From Macrostomum lignano (lineage: Eukaryota): 62,742 nucleotides of DNA. The stretch lies in NCBI GenBank assembly GCA_002269645.1, contig NIVC01004053.1, forward strand, positions 1 through 62,742. Direction: 5' to 3'. Positions 25,590-36,976 of this stretch are shown in pieces. The position numbers and the translations under genes were made by a program. The notes under the pieces were generated by a model, which made no database searches, had not been told where the DNA came from, and saw only the letters and a list, made by a program, of their open reading frames with translations. The first letter of the stretch is position 1. Each line of letters begins with the position of its first letter.

Positions 25590-26025
25590 CGAGAGTTGAG
25601 GGAGTGAACATTGAAGGGTGGGCGAGGAAGTTCAGAGGGAATGTACATTAAGGGGTGGGTGAGGGTTGAGAGGGAGTGAACATTGAAGGGTGGGCGAGGA
25701 AGTTCAGAGGGAATGTACATTAAGGGGTGGGTGAGGGTTGAGAGGGAGTGTACATTAAAAGGAGTGGGTGAGGGTTGAGAGGGAGTGTACATTAAAAGGG
25801 GTGGGTGAGGGTTGAGAGGGAGTGTACATTAAAAGGGGTGGGTGAGGGTTGAGAGGGAGTGTACATTAAGGGGTGGGTGAGGGTTGAGAGGGAGTGTACA
25901 TTAAGGGGTGGGTGAGGGTTGAGAGACTGTACATTAAAAGGGGTGGGTGAGGGTTGAGAGGGAGTGTACATTAAAAGGGGTGGGTGAGGGTTGAGAGGGA
26001 GTGTACATTGAAGGGTGGGTGAGGT
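25590..26025. repeat. 35-37-bp G-rich minisatellite (GAGGGAGTGTACATTAAGGGGTGGGTGAGGGTTGA)n
   Basis: Direct inspection. Confidence 0.95.
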
Positions 26026-26501
26026 AGACAGAAGCGAATGCAGTGTGAGGGCTGTGTGAGGCGGGCAGAGCAATGGGTCTCCAGTGCCCAGCAGTCACGC
26101 TGTGTGAGAACTGTGTGTGTGAGGGCTGTGTGTGAGTGAGAGTGTACGCTCGCACGTAAGCGAAAGGGACTGTACGCTTTTGGCTTTGCGCATTATTTCT
26201 TACACGCAGTGAAATTGTGCACACGTTGGCAGAATATATATAAATATATAAGTACAATTCCTAATATAACTCTCTTATCTGAACTCAAAGAAATTAAATC
26301 TCTGTTCAATTACTGGGTAAAAACGCACAAAAACAGCAGAAATAAGATCATATAGCAAGGAATTACATATTACCCAATACCCAACATGCGATATTTAATG
26401 ATTCCAAAATTTATTTTATAGCTCTGTGTAGCAATTAATGAAAGCGCACGTGGGTCAGTTTTTCTGGTTAGGCTGAATAGAGCAATTGTTGCATTAAAAA
26501 A

Positions 26502-26507
26502 TTTATT
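26502..26507 (-). terminator. Candidate polyadenylation signal of UBAP1
   Basis: AATAAA on minus ~90 nt after the stop. Confidence 0.5.
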
Positions 26508-26595
26508 AAATAACAAACGGAACAATTAGCACTCATGACTCACAACCACTAACGTTATTCCACTCAAAATCGGTATTATTAATAAAACAAAGCCA

Positions 26596-29034
26596 TCAGT
26601 TTAAGGAGAGTCCGTTCTGCTTGAGCAGGAGGGCCACAGTCCGGTCCCGATCCAGGTTCGAGGCCAAGGCAGCCGCCGCGATGTCGTCTTGGCTGAAGCC
26701 AAATTCCAGCATCTCGGCGCGCAGATGAAGGTAGCGAATGGCCTGGAATGATTGACAAGGCTTGGGCGGGTCACTTCCGTGTCTTAGAGAGCCGTTAGTG
26801 GGTCGGTTCAAGTGTCTTAGTGGGTCAAGTCAAGGGCTTGGGTAGGTCACTTCTGTGTCTTAGAGAGCCGTTAGTGGGTCAGTCCAAGTGTCTTACGAGC
26901 GTAGTGGGTCAAGTCAAAGGTCCGTGTGGGTCAAGTCAAGGGTCGGGGTGGGTCAAGGGTCTGAGTTGGTCATGTCAAGGGTCTGTGTGGGTCAAGGAAC
27001 TGGGTGGCTCAAGGGTCTGAGTGGGTCAAGTCCAGGGTCTGTGTGGGTCAAGTCAAGGGTCTGTGTGGGTCAAGTCAAGGGTCTGTGTGGGTCAAGTCAA
27101 GGGTCTGAGTGAGTCAAGGGTCTGTGTGGGTCAAGTCAAGGGTTGGGGTGGGTCAAGGATCTGGGTGGGTCAAGGATCTGGGTGGGTCAAGTCAAGGGTC
27201 TAAGTGAGTCAAGGAACTGGGTGGGTCAAGGGTCTGAGTGGGTCAAGCCAAGGGTCTGAGTGAGTCAAGGGTCTGAGTGAGTCAAGGGTCTGAGTGAGTC
27301 AAGGGTCTGAGTGAGTCAAGGGTCTGAGTGGGTCAAGGGTCTGAGTGAGTCAAGGGTCTGAGTGAGTCAAGGGTCTGAGTGAGTCAAGGGTCTGAGTGAG
27401 TCAAGGGTCTGAGTGAGTCAAGGGTCTGAGTGAGTCAAGGGTCTGAGTGGGTCAAGGGTCTGAGTGAGTCAAGGGTCTGAGTGAGTCAAGGGTCTGAGTG
27501 AGTCAAGGGTCTGAGTGGGTCAAGTCAAGGGTCGGGGTGGATCAAGGATCTCGGTGGGTCAAGTCAAGGGTCTGAGTGGGTCAAGGGACAGTGTGGATCA
27601 AGTCAAAGGTCTGGGTGGGCCAACCCAAGGTCTCCATGTGTCCAGTCAATGATTTAAAGCTACCACTCAACGCACCTTAGCCTCCGAGCCCAGCAACCGG
27701 ATGGAATTCTCCGCATCCGGAGGCGACACCCCGCAGGCCTCAACAATCCGGTCGATCCGGCACAAATAAGCGACGAGTTCGTCGTCGGCCATGCCGAGTC
27801 GGGCAACTGCGCGGGCGGCTCGATCACGGGGAAAACCCATAGTGCACAGGCTGTCTACTTTGAATCGTTCAAGCACGCCCAAGTCGGGGTAGGGATCCGG
27901 GCCGGACGGTTTTGAATAAGTTGCAGTCTTTGCGTTACTAGTCTTTGTTTGCTGGGCGGGTTGCTGTTGCTGTTGAACAGGCGGTGGTCCCGCGGTAGCA
28001 GCCGACGCCAGGTCGGGATGGCTGGCCGATCGGAAACTGTCAGCCGTAGCGGCTGCGATTTGGCCACCGAAATTCATCGAGGAGCTCCACGGGGCTCGGG
28101 GCTGCGACGACGACAGGTGAAACTGATGAGGTATTGACACTGGCGCAGTGGATACGACTGATGAAGGTGGAAGAGGCTGCGGTGGCGGAGGCGGCGGCAT
28201 TGACACCGGAGCCGTCGAAACAGCCATCGCCGCTGCCTGATAAAGCGGAGGCGGAGGCTGGGGCAAGGCAGCTGCAGTAGTCGAAGTCACAGGCGGTGAC
28301 TCAGATGTAGTTGGCGAATCCGGGCCAAGGCTCAGCTTCGGGAATGTGATTTCGTGAACGCTGGGCACCGGCGACCGATTGCTCTGCCCGCCGCCGCTGC
28401 TAGAATCGTCGCTAACGTCGACGGCGCAACCGCGAGCAGCGAAGCCGCTCAGAGCGTTCTTCAACTCGGCCATGTCGTCAATGGTGCGCAGCTCCGCTTC
28501 GTCAAACGGATCGTCGATTCGGTCGAAATCTTTCAACGAGTTGATGCTGAACGAAGCCTTGTCGGTGGATGCACTGACGGCCGCTGCCGCTATGACTGGC
28601 TGCGGCTTCAGCGGGTCCTTAGACATGTTGAAAGTACTTATTGAACTTTGAGACACCGACGGCGGCTGGGGCAGGTAACCGTTTCTTTTAGTAGGTTGTA
28701 AATCTTCATTAACTGTTGACTTTGTCGAATTAACCTGAGAACTTTTCTCAGCTTTGGAGACTGGTGCAACTTTTGCGTCGTTTGTCTGCTGCTGCTGCTG
28801 CTTCTTGGCGGCATCTTGCTCCTTAGCCGCAGCCGCCTCCGGCGGGTACAGCACCCGGTGCTCCAGGCCGAAGTCGTAGTCGCAGCCGGACCAGCTGGCC
28901 AGCAGCTGCGGCCGAACCGGCGGCGGCGACTCGGGCAGATCGGGCAGCTGGCGCGGCTTCCAGCGCAGCTCGAACGGCACCCCGTTGAGCATATGGCTGC
29001 CCCAGCCTCTCTGTTGGCGCCCGCCACGCGGCAT
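26596..29034 (-). CDS. UBAP1: Ubiquitin-associated protein 1 (ESCRT-I), exons 29034-27676 and 26742-26596 (~501 aa)
   Basis: N-terminal UMA-like LNGVPFEL...YDFGLEHRVL; conserved KDFDRIDDPFDEAELRTIDDMAELKNAL; C-terminal UBA repeats (TMGFP; EFGFSQDDI) joined by phase-0 intron AAG|GTGCGT...TTCCAG|GCC. True ATG at 29034 (ORF-track start is TTG). Confidence 0.9.
26820..27620. repeat. 17-bp minisatellite (GTCAAGGGTCTGAGTGA)n, UBAP1 intron
   Basis: Direct inspection. Confidence 0.95.
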
Positions 29035-30388
29035 GCCAGTCAATGTTAGAATTGAAATTGCTTCGAAAAAAGAACACAGCTGACTTTCAGGAAATTATTG
29101 TTGCTTTCAATATTACAGGTTTTCTTTAATTTAAACAACGACTAAATTGCTCAAATTAGGCATGCTGCACCTGTTGCGATAAACTGTTGCTAATTGGCAT
29201 AAATAGAGATTCAATTCGACCCAGTAACTTTTTCAGTGAAGTGAAGTGGAAGGAACATGTACCGTATATACTACTGATAAGTAGAAAACCGAAGCAAAAG
29301 GAGACGAAGTAGATCTCAAAGCATACATATAGAATACCGAAGGCTGTCACCCTCTAATCTCGGGAACGCCCAGGACCGAAGAGATAAATATACATACAAT
29401 ACATATACTAGTACCAGTAATATACCGCCAAGACATACCAATAATGCTACCAGTTCGGAGTACAAATGCTACCAGTAAGGAGTAAGGAATATACTCAGAT
29501 ATACACTCAGACCAATGCTTAGGTCTAGATTCTAAAACCCATGCTCAGAAGGTAATTATAATACAAATTAATGGCTTAACAGAAAAGGTGGAACATTCAT
29601 GGAGTAAGAATAGGACTGCTTTGGTGGTATCAATAGGATTTCATTAACACAGAAGTAACCCTGTCTCAACTTTGGTGGCTAATCGGTGGCATTAGTTCAG
29701 AAAGTAGAAACACTTCAGAAGGGCAGAAGTTAACCCCAACAACAAAATTATCTTTTAAAAAGTATACAATAATCAGAGCTATGGAATGAAGATTCAATAT
29801 TCTGTTTTGGTACTTAGAAAATTGGTCATTTTAGAGAAAATTCATTGGGCTCTTAGGCTTGTTCCAAACAATTTCTGACTGCCAAATAAACAAAAATAAC
29901 AATGTATACAACATTAAATGAGGCAAGAAATTGTGCATATTAGCAATCAAATATATAGATATACCAAATATTCAAAAATGTTTGCAAGCTTTTGCTTAAT
30001 TGCATTAAATTGACTATCTATTTTTTAAAGCATGACTATCATTAAATATTGCATATATGTAGCTAAAATAAAATATAATTAAACTACTTACTTTTAAAAA
30101 CTTGAGTGATTGTGGGGTAATGTCAATAAAAGAAAAACTAGATTTGATTTTTTTATTTTTGATACTAGAAAAAATGAATGAATTGGAATATTCCATAATT
30201 GAATTTGGAAAAATCTATGATTTATTCATTTTCTAATAAAAGTATGCTTCTAGAATTCTAACTAAATAGTATATGTATTTGATATAAAAGAGAAAAGAAG
30301 ATAAGAAAAATCTAATTTAATAAATTTCACAGTATAATAAATACAATAAATAAAAATGTATTGCATAGTATAGCTAGCTAAGGAATGT

Positions 30389-31646
30389 TTGCTACTTTTG
30401 TCTTTAATACCCAAAATAGGAAAGATATTAGCAGTGGATCACCTACTATTCACATTTGTTGAAAATCCAGGCTTCTTTGCTCTTTTGAAATTTCTGGCAC
30501 CAAACTATGAGATCCCATCACACAAGCATTTTGAAGAAGTTGTTGTACCCACCATTTATAAAGAGGTCTGCTTGTCTGTTTGAACTCTGTTAGATGGGGT
30601 TGATGCAGTTGCATGCATGAGCAACAAATAAACATCAATGCAAGGAAAGTGGTCCATTGTCAGCCTGATAGTTCATGCAATTATTGATGAATTTAAGCTA
30701 TATAAGGCAATCCTTTGCAGTGCACCTATCAACAGTGCTTCATCTGGAATTAACATTGTAAGCTCCTTGAAGAATGTCTTGAGCAACTAGAATGTGCTAG
30801 AAAAACTGATGAAAGTTGTTATTGACAAAGGCTCTGCCATGCAAGTTGCTTGCCACAAACTCCAAGTAAGGATAAAATTTTAAAACTCTAACATTTTTGC
30901 ACCTAGGTCCTTATTTTAGTGCCAATAGACCTTCATTTGGCACCTGTACCACTTGCCAATGGACCTTTTCATTTGGCACCTGGATACATTTTTTGTCTCT
31001 GGACATCTTATTAGGTCCCACATATATCCTGTATGATTCACAAGCTGCAAAAGGACCTGTCAACTTAAGCTCATTAAGTGGAGCCCAAGTAACCTATGTA
31101 CACAAATGATACATAGGTTAATAGGTAAATGAGATATTCATCATTTCACCTTGGATTCCAGGGAGACTTGGCCAGTGTGCTTTGTGCTCATGAAGCAGTT
31201 CTTTGCGCACCTGGCAAAAGCAGACCAGCAGATAACAGCATCAATACTGTCATAGCGGATGCTCTAAGCTACTTAGCCATTTTCAACCTTAAAGCCTTTG
31301 ACAATTGGTCTAGTCCTGTGGGGTACAGCTCACCTAAGCTAAGGTGCCAGTTGCAAGTTTTTGCAGCTGATGAGCTGCATCACTACACTTGTGAAGTGCC
31401 TTTGTCTAGGCTTCAAGATGCAAAATGCAAATGGCCAACATGCTACACTGGTTGGTGAACTGCTTCAAGTATCCACTGCTAGTCAAAGTAGCTCATAGGT
31501 TCTTTGCCATGCCACTATCTAGCACCAATTCAGACTGGCTCTTCAATGCAGAAATTCTCATTGTTACAAAAAAGAGAAATTGGCTTTCATTAGAGACAGC
31601 ACAAATGCTATCATTTATTGATAGAAATTTATATAATGAAATTTAG
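30389..31646 (+). mobile_element. Decayed hAT transposase remnant
   Basis: FTFVENPGF..LL..LAPNYEIPS.K.F; V.D motif region (VVIDKGS); C-terminal dimerisation motif YPLL..VA.RF.AMP.SS..SD.LF....IVTKKRN.LS; stops and insertions. Possible right end TAGAGATGG on minus at ~32173. Confidence 0.85.
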
Positions 31647-32747
31647 CATTTAAGTGCCTTTAACTTATAAATGCAGGCTGTCAACCAAAAAACTTGTTAA
31701 GTATATATTATAACTACCTACAGTGCAAAGCTACAATTATAGCCACATATATATACAACAATGCTGCAATTATATGTCCATATAATAATTTTCTTATTTT
31801 TGTATAAACTTTCTTATTAATGTACTAACAATAGGTTGCCAATCAATATAAAATACACTTAAATCAATTCAATATATAAATGTTTTAAATTTTATGTTAA
31901 ATAATTGCTTTACAATACGCTAATTCGCCTTGCTTGCAGTCTTTAAGATACTTGAAAATCTTTCATGGAAAATTCAATGTTCAAATTTAGGTATGTATTC
32001 AGCACACATTAATAAATTTAATGGGACAGTTAAGTTAATTGAATATATTGTACTAAATACTAAATTCTATAATAATTAAAACATTTAGAACTCAAAACTT
32101 TCTAAAATTATTTCAATTTTGAAAGTTGCCAAATTTTGATTTTGATTGAAATTCAGCTTTTGGTCCATCTCTAAATTCAATAGTATTATCTATTTTAGTT
32201 TATGAAAATTCTAACCAAAATTGATTTCAATTTTATTTTTTAAAACCTAAAAATTCTCTAAAAATAAGCACTAAGCCTAGGGTATACTTTATGCAATAAA
32301 AACTATACTTTAATTAACTGCGGTAGCATAGCATTTCTGATTAAGGGGGTTGTAGTTGGGTGGTCACCCCTTTCCCTAAAAAAATTAGAATAGCGTATTA
32401 CACTAAAATCTCACAAAAATCCATATAATGAGCTTTTACTAAAAACATTATAGTTGGGATGGGAAGGTAGTCATGGTTGCCACCTAGGTGGATAGAAAGA
32501 TAGTCACCCAAGGACAACAGCCTTTTGCTCCTTGTCTACACTGTTACTGCTAATCAATGCAATACAAAATCTACAAAATACTAGGCCTATGTGGTAAGCC
32601 AAGCCTAAGATATTTCATTCTACTTTATAAAATATAAAAGCTTGTCTATGTTTAGTGGGATATAAGAATATTGCATTCTATCCATATTTGGGATGATATA
32701 GTATTTTTGGGCATGGATTGGCCTTGCACACCAAAAGTAGGCATATA

Positions 32748-33419
32748 CCCTATTGGATTAAGTTTCAAAAACCTGCGGACGTGCGACACGGGTGCCAAAA
32801 TTGTGCCCTCAAAAGCGCGACGCGACACCAAATTTTGTTGACTGGGGGGGCGGCGACGCGCGACACAACACCAATGTCTGTTGACCGAATGACCGGGGGG
32901 AGGGAGGATGCCACAGCAGCCACGTTGCAATTGACAATTCCCGTTCTGCTGTTCACTCCCGACACCGAAAACATGGGGCGAGGGACGAGAGTATTCCTTT
33001 CAATTTCGCAGAAAAAGAAAAGAAATTTAAAAACAATAAACAGTAAAATAACAAAGGTATAACACTTAGAAAAACAGCGCACACATTGTAACTAACAAGT
33101 AACATTTATAAAAATTATATTTGAAGTATTAGTTACTTTACTGTCAAAATAAAAAAGAAAAAAACTCAAGAACTTGTTATTATCAAACATGTTTGAAACA
33201 TTTAAATACTGAGAAACAACCGAGAACATATTACAATGAAACACAGTTTGCAAGGTTTTGGCTACAGGTCCAGGCCGCGACGCGACGCATGACAACACCA
33301 GGTTTCCAGTGTCGCGCGACGCGACACCACTTGACACCACTGTCGCGCGACGCAACACCAGGAGAATCCGAAAATGCGACGGACGGTCGTCCGTGTTTTG
33401 TCAACTTATTCCAATAGGG
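32748..33419. mobile_element. 672-bp non-autonomous DNA transposon, 8-bp TSD
   Basis: TSD GGCATATA at 32740-32747 and 33420-33427; ~25-bp imperfect TIR CCCTATTGGA(T/A)TAAGTT; internal CGCGACGCGACAC subrepeats. Confidence 0.85.
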
Positions 33420-33678
33420 GGCATATATAATTGGCATGCATCACTCCTAAGAAAATAGTATTTGCATACCTAGCATACACTTTATAGAATCATGAGAAAC
33501 AGTTATTGTAAAGTAGAAAAAAATGAAAAAGTTCATTTTTAAGCATAAATTTCAAGCTCTCTGGGTTTTTAAGCATGTTGTGATAAATAAAAGCAGGAAG
33601 ACGTTTTTGTGTAGCAGGTAATTAGATAGTTCACAATTTAGTTTAGCAGATCGGTAGGCCGCTTTCCTCCTTAGACTT

Positions 33679-34303
33679 CGCTTTCGGACATTTGCCCTCT
33701 GGCACTTCCCCTCCGACACTTGCCCTCTGGCACTTCCCCTCGGCGGCGTTTGCCCTCTGGACATTTGCCCTCCGGGACATTTCCCCTCCGGACATTTGCC
33801 CTCCGGACATTTCCCCTCCGGACATTTGCCCTCCGGACATTTCCCCTCGGGGACATTTGCCCTTGGGGACATTTGCCCTCTGGACATTTGCCCTCTGGAC
33901 ATTTGCCCTCCGGACATTTCCCCTCCGCACATTTGCCCTCTGCAAATTTACCCCCTCGCACATTACTCACCTCACCTCCTCCTGTACCCACCCGTCGTTC
34001 CTCCAGCACCAACCTCATCCTCCCGCCTCTTGCATCCATCAGGTTCTTCTCCAGCCAACAACTCATCCTTTTCTAGTAAGCAATATATACCCGCGCCCTA
34101 CCCTATCCCCAGCCTTACCTGTACTTTTCCAGAGGGGAAATGTCCGGAGGGGAAATGTCCGGAGGGGAAATGTCCCCGAGGGCAAATGTCCGGAGGGCAA
34201 ATGTCCCCGAGGGCAAATGTCCTTGAGGGCAAATGTCCGGAGGGGAAATGCCGGAGGGCAAATGTCTAGAGGGCAAATGCCGGAGGGCAAATGTCCGGTA
34301 GCC
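33679..34303. mobile_element. 625-bp foldback-type non-autonomous DNA transposon
   Basis: TSD TTAGACTT at 33671-33678 and 34304-34311; both arms are inverted tandem arrays of 15-bp GGACATTT(G/C)CCCTCC around a ~170-bp core. Confidence 0.85.
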
Positions 34304-35226
34304 TTAGACTTATAGTGTTATTTAAGACAGCTTAGATTTAGATATATAGAAAATTGCTAGGATTGGGATCAGTTGATTAATTATTTGGGCCAAGGTAGGC
34401 GGCAGAAGAGTTGAGGCAAGGAGGCTGGATAGCTAAGGGGTTTGCAAGCCTAGAGCGAGAAGCAAAGCAACAAGGGAGAAAAGAGCAAAAGAGCAAGCAG
34501 CCACTGACTGCAAGTGTAAGCATATATTTAATTGGTAGGTAAACAGATAACAACAATGACCCTAATCCAAAACCCAGACAAGCCTGAGCCCCACGTGCAC
34601 TGTACATGTACAAATTAGTCAATAAATATATTGTGCAAGAATATTATAATGTCAGTATATGTACATAAATAGAACTACTTTATGAGAAATAATAATGATA
34701 TGAATGAAATACAAATAATAGAATAAATACATATGAGGCTATGAGAAATAACAATTAACAGCAAAATAAGTACAATAAAAGTATGTATGGAATATTGTTA
34801 AAATAAATGAAAGAATATAGTAATAGTATGGTATGCAATTGAGATAAAGAAATATGATACAGATGCTTCTGCGAAATTATGAATTACACTGTCACAATGT
34901 AGTAAAGTATTTAAGCAAATCTTTGTATGTATTGATTTTTTGCTATTAATAGACCCTTTAGTATAGCCAAAAAGTATAAAAATCAATCAAATCATTTGCC
35001 AAAAAGGGGTCTATTACACAATTAAAAAAGGTCATTTATAGTCACAATATAAAAAAGGTCATTTATTGTTGCAACACCAGCATAGTTTTGAGAATGGGCA
35101 TGCACTTAATTTGTTGTTTGATATAGATTTAAGATTTGTAGGCCTAATTATTCAATTTTTGTTCAGGTATGCACCTGGCATGATCCAGACTATAGCATTC
35201 CATATTTTATGGACTTCTGTAAAATA

Positions 35227-35495
35227 TAGTGGCATAGCCAAGAATTTCAATTGGGGGGAGGGCGAGTTGGCCTGGCTGGCTATGCCTTATGCCATTGCCA
35301 CTTTTGGCACTACAGGCACTTACTGTGGTGCCATAGGCACTCATTTTAGTGTTGCAGGCACTCATTTTAGTGCTGCAGACACTCATTTTAGCATCATAGG
35401 CACTTAATTGCCTCATGTTTTTTGGTACCTACTGCACCCAACCCTACCCTCTACTAGGCAATTGGGGAGGGGGCAGCCCCTTGGCTATGCCACTA
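35227..35495. mobile_element. 269-bp hAT-type MITE
   Basis: Perfect 16-bp TIR TAGTGGCATAGCCAAG; 8-bp TSD GTAAAATA on both sides; internal 21-bp subrepeat. Confidence 0.9.
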
Positions 35496-35593
35496 GTAAA
35501 ATATAAAAGTCTAAAGCTGATAATATTTTTAACAATCTATTTTCTGCCAAAAATGATCAGATTCAGACTTCGAGTAATGAGTAAGAATAACTA

Positions 35594-35998
35594 TCTGGTT
35601 GAAAAGAAAGTTCTTGCAATTTTTAGAAAATTCCAGAAGCGTTTTTTCCAGAATGTTTTGCAACTTTCTTTGGCTGATCTAGTATGCATATATAAAAGGT
35701 GGTTTCTGATTTATTTTTGGCATTTCTGAATTGCAGCAAGCCACTTCTCCAATAACCAAAAAATGGCTCATTCCCAACCCTACATCTGCAGCCTAATGCT
35801 GTGCAACTTCAAATCTGGAGTGTCCACTGCCAAATCTAGCCGCCGCATCAATGCTGCATTTGGCAAGGGTACCACATCCGAATGCAGTGCCTGTGACTGG
35901 TTTTCCCACTTTCGCAAGAGAGATGAGAGCCTCGAAGATGCACCCTTCATTTCAGTTGAAATGAAGAAAAAATAGCAAGAACTTTCTTATCAACCTTA
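35594..35998 (+). mobile_element. Internally deleted mariner element (405 bp)
   Basis: TA flanks; ~31-bp TIR (TCTGGTTGAAAAGAAAGTTCTTGCAATTTTT vs TAAGGTTGATAAGAAAGTTCTTGCTATTTTT); residual HTH peptide FKSG.STA...RINAAFG.....WFSHFR..DESLED. Confidence 0.85.
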
Positions 35999-36976
35999 TA
36001 ATAGAGCCTAGGCAAAATATACCAATACCACAAAAGTTTAGAAAAATTAAGGTGCAAAAAACTTTGGGATTTGTTATTACTTAATAAAATTTTAAAAGTA
36101 ATATGTCTTACTTTTATATTTGTTATGACTGTATTATGATTTGCTATCAAATAAAAAAATGACCATTAATAATAACTCGCAAAATCTCGCTAGAAATCCT
36201 TAGCTGTAGAAAACTGGAAATATATAATTTGCATGGGAATTCAAAAAGCTTTTATAATATTCCATCGATTGATACCTTTTAAAGTGCCACCGCACCTAGT
36301 TGCAGCGATTCTTTTTTACTATTACAATTTAGTATTTTATTTCACTCTTCATCTTCGATCTTTACCGATCCCCGCAGAAAACGCTTAGTTTCTTGGAAAC
36401 TGTGATGTTAAATATGTAAATGTAATTAAACAACAACTGTAAAACTACAAACAGTAGATAATCAAGTTTTGCTCTTTTTAAAATTTCTTCTTAAATATTT
36501 ACGTTTTAGACTTGTACAATTTTTCTTTATCAGGAAAATTTTTTCGCTTCAATTGATTGTGCTCCGAATTTCAAGTAAATTATATTATATTTGAAAACAC
36601 TAAATATTATATTTCATTGGTCCATATATAGAGTGAGTAATAGATAGATAGATAGACAAACAGATAAAAAATTTTGTGGTTTGATTGCTTTTACAGGGAA
36701 CACGATTAATCTTACTTTCTTCATATTAGTATAGTGTCGTTGAAAGGACGTTAATTTTCAGCGACTTTTAATATTTTTATTTCGTAATAAAAGTTGATAC
36801 AAATTACAAAAATACAATAGTACTAGTAGACAGTCATTTTATCGACAGACACCGACTGCATACCTGTATTTAAAAAAATTATCTGATCGTTTGTAAAACT
36901 ACTGTCGTGTCTATTAATGGCTGCAATTTTACTGTTGCCTTGTTAGACTTCTTTTCCTAAGTAAAGCAAGGAATTG

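Noticed and set aside
33552-34315. Collagen-like or Cys-rich repeat ORFs (PEGKC, GQMS)
   Set aside because: They are the 15-bp arms of the foldback element.
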